NCBI GenBank assembly: GCA_022844125.1
Contig: JALHMI010000019.1
Coordinates: forward strand, 40,359-104,358
DNA: 64,000 nucleotides
Source of the DNA: Pirellulales bacterium
GTDB taxonomy: Bacteria > Planctomycetota > Planctomycetia > Pirellulales > PALSA-1355
Reading direction: 5' to 3'
Both the position numbers and the translations under genes were made by a program. A model generated the notes under the pieces. The model worked only from the letters and a program-made list of their open reading frames with translations, did no database searches and was not told the origin of the DNA. Below, one piece after another: positions 52,339-60,637 of this stretch. Each line of letters opens with the position of its first letter. Within the stretch, counting starts at the first letter, position 1.

Positions 52339-53818
52339 AGTTAACGGGTTCATGAAGTACGAGCGGGTGTACGTTCCCAAGGAACCGGTGCCCGATCGCT
52401 TGAAGCACTACAACGAGTTTCTGAAGGTCATCTCGCCGGAAGAAATGCGCACCCAGGGTGCGCGCTGCATGGACTGCGGCATTCCGTTCTGCCACACCGG
52501 CTGCCCGCTGGGGAACATCATTCCCGACTGGAACGACCTGGTGTACCGCGACCAGTGGCACGAAGCGATCGAGCGGCTGCACGCGACAAACAACTTCCCG
52601 GAGTTCACCGGCCGGGTGTGCCCTGCCCCCTGCGAAGCGGCCTGCGTGCTGGGGATCAACGAAGACCCTGTCGCGATCAAGCAGATTGAAGTTTCGATCG
52701 CCGACCGCGCGTTCGACGAAGGTTGGATTCTGCCCGAACCGCCGGAGTCGCGCAGCGGCAAGCGGGTAGCCGTCATCGGTAGCGGCCCCGCGGGATTGGC
52801 CGCCGCCCAGCAGCTCAATCGGGCCGGGCATTCGGTGACCGTGTTCGAACGGGCCGATCGTCCGGGCGGGCTCCTGATGTATGGCATTCCCGACTTCAAG
52901 CTCGAGAAGTCGCGCGTCTGGCGACGCATCGATCAGATGAAGGCCGAAGGCGTTGAGTTCCGCACCGGCGCAAACGTGGGCGTGAACATTCCGGTCAAGG
53001 AACTGCGCGAGAAGTACGACGCGATCCTGCTGACCGGCGGCGCCACGCACCCGCGCGATCTGGCCATCCCGGGCCGCGAGCTCAAGGGCGTGCACTTCGC
53101 CATGGAATTCCTGCCGCAGCAGAACAAAGTAAACCAGGGCGACAACCTCAAAGAGCAGATCCTGGCGACCGGCAAAGATGTGATCGTGATCGGCGGCGGC
53201 GATACCGGCAGCGACTGCACCGGCACTTCGAACCGTCAGGGCTGCCAGAGCCTCACACAGTTCGAGTTGTTCCCCGCGCCGCCTGACGTGGGTCAGTATC
53301 CGCGTGCCATGGAGCGGCCCAAGAACACGCCCTGGCCCTATTGGCCCGTGATCTTCCGCACCAGCACTTCGCACGAGGAAGGCTGCCAGCGCGAGTTCAG
53401 CATCGAGACGAAGGAATTCATCGGCGACGACGACGCCAAGCTCACCGGCCTGCGCACGGTGCACGTCGAGTGGGTGAAGGACGACGCCGGTCGGCTCAGC
53501 CCGCGCGAAGTGCCCGGCAGCGAAAAGATCTGGCCCACCCAGCTCGTGCTGCTGGCGATGGGCTTCCTCGGACCCGAGAAGCGCGGCGCGATCGACGAGC
53601 TCGGCCTCGAGCTCGATCCGCGCGGCAACGTGAAATGCAACGCCGAGTACATGTCGAGCGTCGACGGAGTCTTCGCTGCGGGCGACATCCGCCGCGGACA
53701 ATCGCTCGTCGTCTGGGCGATCCACGAAGGCCGCGAAGCTGCTCGCGCCGTCGACAAGTACCTGATGGGCGTGACGCACTTGCCGAGCGTGAACGCCGGC
53801 GATTTTGCGTGGAAGTAA
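52331..53818 (+). CDS. gltD: glutamate synthase small subunit (NADPH)
   Basis: 495 aa, overlapping the gltB stop by 8 nt. Fe-S motifs [11 protein letters not shown] and [11 protein letters not shown]. Dinucleotide folds [14 protein letters not shown] and [13 protein letters not shown]. Confidence 0.96.
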
Positions 53819-53864
53819 TCTTCTGATCGACGCGTTATCCGCGCGCGGTCCCACGATTTCTGCA

Positions 53865-53940
53865 GAACCCCCCGGCAAAGCCGGGGGCTGTGACTGTGAT
53901 CGCGCATGTTCCGTAGCCCCCGGCTCTGCCGGCGGGGTTC
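53865..53940. repeat. inverted pair of 'CCGGCAAAGCCGG-family' hairpin elements between gltD and the BlaR1-like gene
   Basis: GAACCCCCCGGCAAAGCCGGGGGCT (53865-53889) and TAGCCCCCGGCTCTGCCGGCGGGGTTC (53914-53940) are near reverse complements of each other. Confidence 0.85.
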
Positions 53941-53969
53941 TTTGCCGCCCGGACTACGCGCCCAACTTC

Positions 53970-56105
53970 TCACCGCTCAAACAGCGTGAGCACATCTTCG
54001 GTGGGCACTTCGGCGGCGCGAAGTTTCAGCGGACCGCGTCGATCCCAAACCGCCGTGTTCGCCGGCACGGACATGCGGAACTCGCTGTCGGGAATGTCGA
54101 CATTGAACTCAGCGTGCTCGATGATGCTGATGGTCAGGCTTTGCAGCGGCCCGCTAACTTCCTCCTTGCCGCTTCGCAGAGTCGGATAGTACGTCCGCAC
54201 GCGGGCTCGCGGCAGGTGCACGCCGCCAGGATACTCGCGGAAGTCAATCTCCCGCAGCACCGTGCTAAATCCATACAGTTCCGTCGCATGCAGTAGCGTG
54301 CCATCGGGACCGAGCAGCCAACTCACCTCGATTCCGCTGGAACTGCGCGGACCTTGCTTGAAGATCACCCGAGTCGTTCCCTCGGCGGTGCGCTCGATCG
54401 ACGGCGCAGTGCGGTTGGCCGGCAAATCACCAAGGATCGTGCTGCGCAGCGGCACAGTAAGAAGCTGTCTCGCCCAATCGGCTGGCGAAGCGGCAAAGAA
54501 CCAGCGGCCATCCGTGATGCTGGCGTTCCGTTCGGACGGATCGTATTCAAAGTTGCAAGCCTCTTTGATGACCGTCGTCTCGCCGTTTCCCCAAGTCGCT
54601 CGCCGGCCCCTCTCGTTCCAAACTAACGCAAGCGACCGATACGACGGGTGGTCGAGGATCAGATTCCCCGCGAGCAGGCCATCTCGAATTCGGCGAAAGC
54701 AACTCGCATCCGTCAGGTCGAGGCCATCGAGCAGGGCCTCAACTTCGGTTTTTGAGCGATCGGCCAGTTCGTGTCCCTGCTGAACCGGATCCTTTTGCAG
54801 CGAGGAAAGCTGCAGCACCTTGAGTCGTACGCGTCCCGACTTCATCGGCGCGTTCTGCTGCTCCCTTATCCGCCGTACGTGTGCTTCGGTTGCTGCATCG
54901 CCGGTCAGCGGTGCCGCGGCAGCGTTCAGTGGTTCGACGCGACTTTCTGCACGGTCCGGTTGCGCCGCTGCCGTGGTGGGTTGCGTGTGAAATGACACGA
55001 ACCCGAACACGAGCACGCAGCCCAGCGCGGAAACCGTTGCGAGCACCTTATAAGCAACCTTTTGCGGCTGGGCGTCAAGCAGGCGGACCATGCGTTTCTT
55101 TGCCAGCCGACCGCGCGAGAGGAACTCCATGGCCAGCCGCGGTCCGTTTGACACGCCGGCCAGCAGCGTCAGAAACGCTTCGCCGCACTCACCCCGGCTG
55201 CACGAAGCATGCCCGAGCGCCAGTTCATCGCACGCGCACTCGCGGTAGTGCTCGGCCCAGCGGCTGGCCAGCCAGACCGCCGGATTGAACCAGGCCACAC
55301 ATGCTACGAGCCGCTCGAGTACAAGGCAGTACAGATCGCCACGCCGCACGTGAGCCATCTCGTGCAGCAGCACCCACTCGAGTTGACCCTCCGAAAGCCG
55401 CGCCGTAAGGCTGCGCGGCACAATCAGCGTCGGACGCCAGCAACCTGCGATCGCCGGTGAAATGCCATCGGGCCCCATCACGACCTTGATTCCTCTCCGG
55501 ATGCCGAGCCGTGTCGCGAGCACTTGCACGGTCGACTGGAGCGCTGCATCTGCGGAGCTGGCCGCACAGTCAGCCGCTTGCCGCAACCGTAGCTGCCCAA
55601 GGACTGACCTGACAGCGATCGCAGCGCTCACAGAAACCCACAGGAGCATGGCGTGCGCCTGCCACGACAGCTCGGTGGTCTCCGCGGAGTTCACCGCGCT
55701 CTGCTCGCCCCTGGCAGCAACAGTTTCGCGCGGGCGCGCGCCAGACGTCTGTGACTCAGACTGTACAACGGCCGCAGAACTCAACGCGGGCGCCGCCGGC
55801 GCCGAGGGGACGGCCGTAGCAGACATCGCTCGCGTGTCGTCCTTCAGTTCCGCCCGCTCGGTTGTGCGAGCAAACCACTCAGGCAGCTCAGGTCGCGGCA
55901 CAGGAATGCCGATCGGAAGCACCGCTTTGACGAGCACGACGAGCAGGGCCAGGTGAGCCGCGGCGGCTGGCAGTCGCTTTCCGGCCGCCAGCAAAACAAC
56001 GGCCACGATGCCCAGCAGGAGCGTGGCCTCGACCACTCCCGCCACGGCCCAAGTGCTCCAACCCGACGCCACGCGATTCAGCAACTCGGCCCAGCGCATG
56101 TCCAT
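53970..56105 (-). CDS. BlaR1/MecR1-family M56 membrane metalloprotease-type signal transducer with about 400-aa C-terminal domain of unknown function
   Basis: N-terminal TM helices, zinc motif LLHEMAHVRRGDLY (HExxH) and a later TM (VLATVSALGCVLVFGFVSF). The extracytoplasmic C-terminal part has no penicillin-binding motifs that I can see. Confidence 0.85.
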   Translation of the reverse strand: MDMRWAELLNRVASGWSTWAVAGVVEATLLLGIVAVVLLAAGKRLPAAAAHLALLVVLVKAVLPIGIPVPRPELPEWFARTTERAELKDDTRAMSATAVPSAPAAPALSSAAVVQSESQTSGARPRETVAARGEQSAVNSAETTELSWQAHAMLLWVSVSAAIAVRSVLGQLRLRQAADCAASSADAALQSTVQVLATRLGIRRGIKVVMGPDGISPAIAGCWRPTLIVPRSLTARLSEGQLEWVLLHEMAHVRRGDLYCLVLERLVACVAWFNPAVWLASRWAEHYRECACDELALGHASCSRGECGEAFLTLLAGVSNGPRLAMEFLSRGRLAKKRMVRLLDAQPQKVAYKVLATVSALGCVLVFGFVSFHTQPTTAAAQPDRAESRVEPLNAAAAPLTGDAATEAHVRRIREQQNAPMKSGRVRLKVLQLSSLQKDPVQQGHELADRSKTEVEALLDGLDLTDASCFRRIRDGLLAGNLILDHPSYRSLALVWNERGRRATWGNGETTVIKEACNFEYDPSERNASITDGRWFFAASPADWARQLLTVPLRSTILGDLPANRTAPSIERTAEGTTRVIFKQGPRSSSGIEVSWLLGPDGTLLHATELYGFSTVLREIDFREYPGGVHLPRARVRTYYPTLRSGKEEVSGPLQSLTISIIEHAEFNVDIPDSEFRMSVPANTAVWDRRGPLKLRAAEVPTEDVLTLFER

Positions 56106-56155
56106 TCTCCTTGGGTCGCCTTACTTCGCTCACAACGCTCACTCACAGGAAAAAC

Positions 56156-56536
56156 TCACTTGTTTTGACTGTCCAGAATCGCTCGCAACTCAGCCAGCTC
56201 CTTGTCGCTGAGCTTATGCTTCTTCACCAGGTGGGCCACCAGCGGCCCGACCGTTCCCTCGACGGCATGACTCAGCAGCCGATCGGCGGCGGCGGTGAGC
56301 GTCTTGATCGCCGGCTGCGTGGGGCGGTAGAGATTGCTGTTGCCCACCTGCCGGGCATGCAGATAGCCCTTCTCAACCAGCCGGGCGAGCAGCGTTTTGG
56401 TGGTCGTCGGCGCCCAGCCATAGTCGGCCGCCGCCTGCTCGTAAACATCGCGAGCACCGCAGCTCTTCCGCTGCCAGATGAGCCGCATCACTTTCCACTC
56501 GGCGGCAGAGAGTGCGTCGTCGTGCTTGCTGGTCAT
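56156..56536 (-). CDS. BlaI/MecI/CopY-family transcriptional repressor
   Basis: ATG 56536 with AGGGAG 5 nt upstream (ATG 56554 is also in frame). Winged helix LSAAEWKVMRLIWQRKSCGARDVYEQ...WAPTTTKTLLARLVEKGYL. Lies 50 nt upstream of the BlaR1-like gene. Confidence 0.88.
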   Translation of the reverse strand: MTSKHDDALSAAEWKVMRLIWQRKSCGARDVYEQAAADYGWAPTTTKTLLARLVEKGYLHARQVGNSNLYRPTQPAIKTLTAAADRLLSHAVEGTVGPLVAHLVKKHKLSDKELAELRAILDSQNK

Positions 56537-56557
56537 GCGAGCTCCCTTGGTCATTTC

Positions 56558-56593
56558 GACTATGTTTGTAGTCGTTTGACTATTGTGAGTCAA
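56558..56593 (-). promoter_or_regulatory. blaI promoter (TTGACT-N17-TACAAA) with two overlapping palindromes (candidate BlaI operators)
   Basis: Minus-strand -35 at 56588-56593 and -10 at 56565-56570. Inverted repeat TTGACT-N6-AGTCAA (56576-56593) covers the -35. Inverted repeat GACTA-N6-TAGTC (56558-56573) covers the -10. Both share the core GACTAT...AGTC. Confidence 0.45.
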
Positions 56594-56609
56594 GCGCAGT
56601 GCAAACGAA

Positions 56610-56705
56610 GACCCTGCCGGCAAAGCCGGGCGTGACCCTGCCGGCAAAGCCGGGCGTGACCCTGCCGGCAAAGCCGGGCGTGACCCTGCCGGCAAAGCCG
56701 GGCGT
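56610..56705. repeat. perfect 4 x 24-bp tandem array of hairpin units GACCCTGCCGGCAAAGCCGGGCGT
   Basis: Units at 56610, 56634, 56658 and 56682, each containing the palindrome CCGGC-AAA-GCCGG. A fifth, dispersed-type copy (GGAACCCCGCCGGCAAAGCCGGGGGCT) is at 56719-56745. Confidence 0.95.
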
Positions 56706-57048
56706 TGTGATGCGCGCTGGAACCCCGCCGGCAAAGCCGGGGGCTACCGGAACACGCCGTGCAGAGCCGGCGCGCACCTTTTCGTCCTTGTTGCGTAGAA
56801 AAACCGACACGCCCCGGCAAGCGCATGCCGGGCACAATCGTTACTACCGGAGACACGTGGCAACAAATCGGCGGGACATGCCGATTCTTTCGAGCAGGGA
56901 ATATCGCCAAACAGCGAAAGCTATGACGCGCCCGTGAAGAAAATCGACCGCGGGTGCCGAATATAGCTGGTGAAGGGCAGTTTGCCGGCCAGGCAAGCCT
57001 GACAAGAAAGTCGGGTAAATCCTGACGGGTAGACGGTCGCGAACTTTG

Positions 57049-57064
57049 TGGCAGGCGGCCAGCA
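57049..57064 (+). promoter_or_regulatory. weak sigma-54-like -24/-12 element (TGGCAG-N5-CAGCA)
   Basis: The GG and GC dinucleotides have the correct spacing relative to TGGCAC-N5-TTGCA. Lies 33 nt upstream of the receiver gene ATG 57097. The TT of the -12 box is not conserved. Confidence 0.2.
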
Positions 57065-57096
57065 CTGGCGCGAACCGAAACAGAAGAGGCATTCCC

Positions 57097-57528
57097 ATGC
57101 ACGAAGGACACGCAAGCCAGGTCCGAGTCCTGGCGATCGACGATCATCCGGAAGTTCTCAGCGAAGTTGCCCGCATCCTGCATCGGCTGGGCTACGAATG
57201 CCTCAGGGCGAGCGGGCTCTCGGAAGCCGCGACTCAGCTCGATCACCACGCTCCGGACCTGGTGATTGCCGACGTAAGCCTGGCGCGGCACGGCATCCAG
57301 GCTTTCTGCGACGAACTTCGCCGTTCCTGCGAACTAGAAACCGATGTGCCCGTAATGTTCTTGTCGTCGATGCAGTCGCCCGACATCATTCGCCGGGCGG
57401 ACGCCGGCGGCGGCACCTACTACCTGCGAAAGCCGTTCGATGCTCCGGTCTTCGTCGAGCTGGTCGAACGGACGCGTCGCACGCCGCGGCCGCACCACCT
57501 GGTCGCGGTCGAGACGGCCACGGTCTGA
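57097..57528 (+). CDS. stand-alone response-regulator receiver protein
   Basis: ATG 57097. VRVLAIDDHPE, PDLVIADVSL (phospho-acceptor Asp), MFLSS, YYLRKPF. No output domain. The ORF-track start at 57046 is rejected. Confidence 0.8.
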   Translation: MHEGHASQVRVLAIDDHPEVLSEVARILHRLGYECLRASGLSEAATQLDHHAPDLVIADVSLARHGIQAFCDELRRSCELETDVPVMFLSSMQSPDIIRRADAGGGTYYLRKPFDAPVFVELVERTRRTPRPHHLVAVETATV

Positions 57529-57580
57529 CACAATCGAATCATCCATCCGTAATCTCCAACCGACGGAACGAGCGAGAGGC

Positions 57581-57614
57581 CCCCAGGGAATGGACTTCCC
57601 TGGGGTTTCTTTTT
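57581..57614 (+). terminator. intrinsic terminator of the orphan receiver gene
   Basis: Perfect 10-bp stem CCCCAGGGAA / TTCCCTGGGG, loop TGGAC, then TTTCTTTTT. Confidence 0.75.
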
Positions 57615-57640
57615 GCGCCAAGCTGCGGCGCAACGGCGTC

Positions 57641-57706
57641 GCACGGCTCTTCATCACCCGAAGCGTCAGCGAGGCACGGCTCTGTATCACCCGACGCGTG
57701 GGCGAG
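57641..57706. repeat. imperfect 2 x 33-bp tandem repeat
   Basis: GCACGGCTCTTCATCACCCGAAGCGTCAGCGAG followed by GCACGGCTCTGTATCACCCGACGCGTGGGCGAG (28 of 33 identical), in the spacer between the receiver-gene terminator and the pterin dehydratase gene. Confidence 0.85.
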
Positions 57707-57857
57707 GCGACGTGCCAAGACATCCTCGCTCACGCGCCGGGTTGTGAACCCATACGCACAGTCCGCGAGCGGCACGTTTGACGAAGATTGCCGTGGCGGG
57801 ATAATACGAAGCAAGGGGCGATCACCTGCTTCTCCCCTGCCCCGGAGGTTATCCGCC

Positions 57858-58220
57858 ATGCAATCTCAATCGCCCGAACAACTGACGAAGAAGAAGTGCG
57901 TTCCCTGCGAAGGGGGCGTGCCGAAGTATTCGCTCGCACAGTCGCAGGCTCAGCTCGAAAGGCTTTCCGGCTGGCGGCTCACGCACGATGGTGAGCGGAT
58001 CCGCAAGGACTGGGTCGTGAAGCACTTCCTGGCCGGTATGGAGTTCTTCAATTCCGTGGCCGAGCTGGCCGAGGACGAGGGGCACCATCCCGACTTGCAT
58101 CTGGAGGGCTATCGCAACGTCTGGATCGAGATTTATACGCACGCGATCGGCGGCCTTTCAGAGAACGATTTCATTCTGGCGGCCAAGATCGACGAGCTGC
58201 CAATCCGGCTCAAGCAATAG
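57858..58220 (+). CDS. 4a-hydroxytetrahydrobiopterin (pterin-4-alpha-carbinolamine) dehydratase
   Basis: ATG 57858 with GGAGG 10 nt upstream. 120 aa with PCD hallmarks C-x-x-C..., GW......I.K.W...F and AEDEGHHPDL...Y..V.I...TH. It is embedded at the 3' end of a spurious 390-aa ORF. Confidence 0.88.
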   Translation: MQSQSPEQLTKKKCVPCEGGVPKYSLAQSQAQLERLSGWRLTHDGERIRKDWVVKHFLAGMEFFNSVAELAEDEGHHPDLHLEGYRNVWIEIYTHAIGGLSENDFILAAKIDELPIRLKQ

Positions 58221-58234
58221 GCAGCTAGCACGAC

Positions 58235-58909
58235 GTGCCTCAATCACCGCTGGATGTTCCCGTGTCGCTCGCGCGACGCTTCGAGGTCGCCGAGTGCGAG
58301 GTGGCCGTTGGCGCGCGCACGTACCGGTTGCTCAAACCGCGAAATGTCGACGACCTGATCAGCGAGGAAGACTTCGCCGTCGATGAGCGAATTCCCTATT
58401 GGGCCGACGTCTGGCCGAGTGCGCGGATCCTGGCCGAGCGGCTGTCGAAGCACCACGGCGCGGGAAAACGCCTGCTGGAACTGGGCTGCGGCATCGGCCT
58501 GCCTGCGATCGCAGCCGCCGCGGCCGGTTACGAGGCCTTGGCGACGGACTACTATGCCGAGGCCCTCGAGTTCACCGAGGCCAACGCCCAGCGAAACGGC
58601 GTCGAAGGGGTCGACTCGCGGCTGGTCGACTGGCGCAGGTTGCCGGACGACTTGGGCCTGTTCGACCTGGTCGTGGCGGCGGACGTGCTGTACGAGAAGC
58701 CGCAGGCGGCCCTGGTCGTGGCGGTCATCGAGCAATGCCTGGCCGCGGATGGGCTGGCCATCGTCACCGATCCGGGCCGGCGGACGGCGGACGCCTTGCT
58801 CGAGATTTGCCGGGAGCGCGGGCTGACTGCCGAACTGGTGGAAAAGGTCCCTGCCACCGACGCGGGGGCCACGCTGCATGTCTCGGTGTTCGAAATCCGC
58901 CGGGACTAA
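58235..58909 (+). CDS. class I SAM-dependent methyltransferase (Methyltransf_16/lysine-MTase-like)
   Basis: 224 aa from GTG 58235. WPSARILAERL, SAM motif RLLELGCGIGLPAIAAAAAG, DLVVAADVLYE. Confidence 0.75.
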   Translation: MPQSPLDVPVSLARRFEVAECEVAVGARTYRLLKPRNVDDLISEEDFAVDERIPYWADVWPSARILAERLSKHHGAGKRLLELGCGIGLPAIAAAAAGYEALATDYYAEALEFTEANAQRNGVEGVDSRLVDWRRLPDDLGLFDLVVAADVLYEKPQAALVVAVIEQCLAADGLAIVTDPGRRTADALLEICRERGLTAELVEKVPATDAGATLHVSVFEIRRD

Positions 58910-59058
58910 CCGGACTAACTGTCCATTCGGCCGCGAAACGGGCCTGTTTTCGCGGCGGAATCGCACGACGCAAACAATTGACGGCGCACCACCGGCGGAG
59001 GAAAATAGGGGGTCATTCCATCCCATCCGCTTCCTCCCTTCGTGTGAGTTTTGCCGTT

Positions 59059-60204
59059 ATGCAATGCGCAGCCTGTCACCATTCGTTCGACGCGAGTGAC
59101 GACGCGAACGTTCCTGCCGTCTGCCCCGAGTGCGGATCAGAAGCTGGCCGCTCGGTAGTCGCCGTCGCGACGGCAGAACCCATGGCCGTCGAGCCGATCG
59201 CGTTTGAACAGGCCGAGCCCATCACCGCTGAATCCGCAAACAAGGCGCCCAAGGCAAAACGCGGATCGAGTCGAGCGCTCACCGACATGCTGCTGTCGCT
59301 GCTATTCGTGGGGGCGATCGTCGTGGCCGTCGCTTCGACGCTGGTGGCCATGCGAGCCATGAAGCAACGTGACGAGTTCAAAGCTCAAGCCGAACAGAGC
59401 GATGTGGCGCTTGGGCAGATGATCGATGCGGCGGCAAACTCGAGCCGGCTCAAGGGACCGGCAAATGCCAAAGCCCGCGAAGAAATCTTTGGCCCCGCGA
59501 TTAGCCACTACCAACAAAGTGCCTGGGAACTGCGCAAGAATCCTGAAAACCTCGATCGGGCTGTGGCCGCCTATCAGCGAGCCGCCGGTTTGCAGGCCAA
59601 GTCCGGCAAGGGCGGTCTGGTCGGTGACCTCAAGAGCATCGCCGAACTGCTCGACGCAATGTCCGCTGCAGAGTATGACGCATCGCGATACCCGAGCATG
59701 AACCAGAACGCCCTGAAGTCGACGGCTCCCATGGAATGGGCGATGGTCAAAGATACGCCGATGAATATGCATGTGCTTGGGCTACTGCAGTCGTTTCAGA
59801 TGAACATGTCCTCGCTCGAGAACCTGGCCAGAAAGCATCCGGAAAACCCCGTCTTCCGCGACGACCTGGCCGCCATGCTCAAGATTTCCGGCACCCTGCA
59901 AACTTTGCAGGCTGACCGCCACTCCTTCGCCATGAGCGCTTGGGAACAAGCCCGCGATACTTTGGAAACTCTGGCTCGTGAACAGCCGGCCAACAAGGAC
60001 TACCAGGTTCGCCTGGTCGAGTCGCTGACGGCCCTGGCGAATCTGCAAAAGCAGAACGACAAGAAGGATGAGGCCATCGCCAACCTGAAGCGAGCCGTGG
60101 AAGTTCGTGAGCAAATGTCGCAGGCCAACCCGGACGATAAAGCTCTGGCCGATGAACTGGCCAAGGCCAAGGGCGATCTGGCCAAGCTCCAACCGGCGGG
60201 TTAG
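59059..60204 (+). CDS. hypothetical zinc-ribbon / single-TM / helical-repeat (TPR-like) protein
   Basis: ATG 59059. MQCAACHHSF...VCPECG forms a CxxC...CxxC ribbon. TM segment MLLSLLFVGAIVVAVASTLVAM, then about 280 aa of helical repeats. The upstream 220 codons of the 601-aa track ORF overlap the methyltransferase out of frame and are rejected. Confidence 0.7.
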   Translation: MQCAACHHSFDASDDANVPAVCPECGSEAGRSVVAVATAEPMAVEPIAFEQAEPITAESANKAPKAKRGSSRALTDMLLSLLFVGAIVVAVASTLVAMRAMKQRDEFKAQAEQSDVALGQMIDAAANSSRLKGPANAKAREEIFGPAISHYQQSAWELRKNPENLDRAVAAYQRAAGLQAKSGKGGLVGDLKSIAELLDAMSAAEYDASRYPSMNQNALKSTAPMEWAMVKDTPMNMHVLGLLQSFQMNMSSLENLARKHPENPVFRDDLAAMLKISGTLQTLQADRHSFAMSAWEQARDTLETLAREQPANKDYQVRLVESLTALANLQKQNDKKDEAIANLKRAVEVREQMSQANPDDKALADELAKAKGDLAKLQPAG

Positions 60205-60244
60205 TCGTGGTCACTTCCCCCTGCCGAGAGCGAAGTCAACTTGC

Positions 60245-60568
60245 ATGACCGAGATCATTCAGGTCGTGACGACCGCGGGCAGCCGCGAGGACGCGGAGCG
60301 GATCGGCCGCGAGTTGGTCGAGCAGCGCCTGGCCGCGTGCGTGCAGATTGATGGGCCCATCGCCAGCATCTACCAGTGGCAGGGAGCGATCGAGTCGGCC
60401 GAGGAATGGCGGCTTTCGATCAAGAGCTTGCGAGCCTTGTTCAGTGACCTCGAAGCGGCAATTCGACGGCTTCACCCCTATGAAACGCCCGAGATTCTGG
60501 GGACGGAAATCACTGACGTTTCCGAAGCCTATGGGGAGTGGCTAAGGACGGAACTCGAAGGATCGTAG
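60245..60568 (+). CDS. cutA: divalent-cation tolerance protein CutA
   Basis: 107 aa. VVTTAGSREDAERIGRELVEQRLAACVQI...IASIYQWQGAIE..EW.L.IKS...HPYETPEI matches the CutA1 pattern. Confidence 0.88.
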   Translation: MTEIIQVVTTAGSREDAERIGRELVEQRLAACVQIDGPIASIYQWQGAIESAEEWRLSIKSLRALFSDLEAAIRRLHPYETPEILGTEITDVSEAYGEWLRTELEGS

Positions 60569-60637
60569 TCGCTTGCGGATGCACCTGGCGGGTTTCCAGC
60601 GGCGAGTCTCGCACGGGCGCAATCTCTGCGAGCCCGT

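Noticed and set aside
56610-56705. Possible CRISPR array (regularly spaced palindromic 24-mers)
   Set aside because: The units are directly adjacent with no spacers, there are only four or five copies, and no cas genes are present. It is a tandem repeat, not a CRISPR array.
56746-57096. RNase P, tmRNA or SRP RNA in the 350-bp spacer, and likewise in 36174-36481
   Set aside because: Fragments such as AGAAAGTCGGG or ACAGCGGCTTG resemble conserved RNase P strings only superficially. The universal GAGGAAAGUCC, the tmRNA tag ORF with tRNA-like 3' end, and the SRP GGAA/AGCA loops are all absent.
57048-58220. 390-aa ORF, and the 601-aa ORF 58399-60204
   Set aside because: Only the 3' parts are real genes (pterin dehydratase from 57858, zinc-ribbon protein from 59059). 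The 5' parts run out of frame through neighbouring genes, a terminator and repeats, and encode Arg/Pro/Ser-rich sequence.
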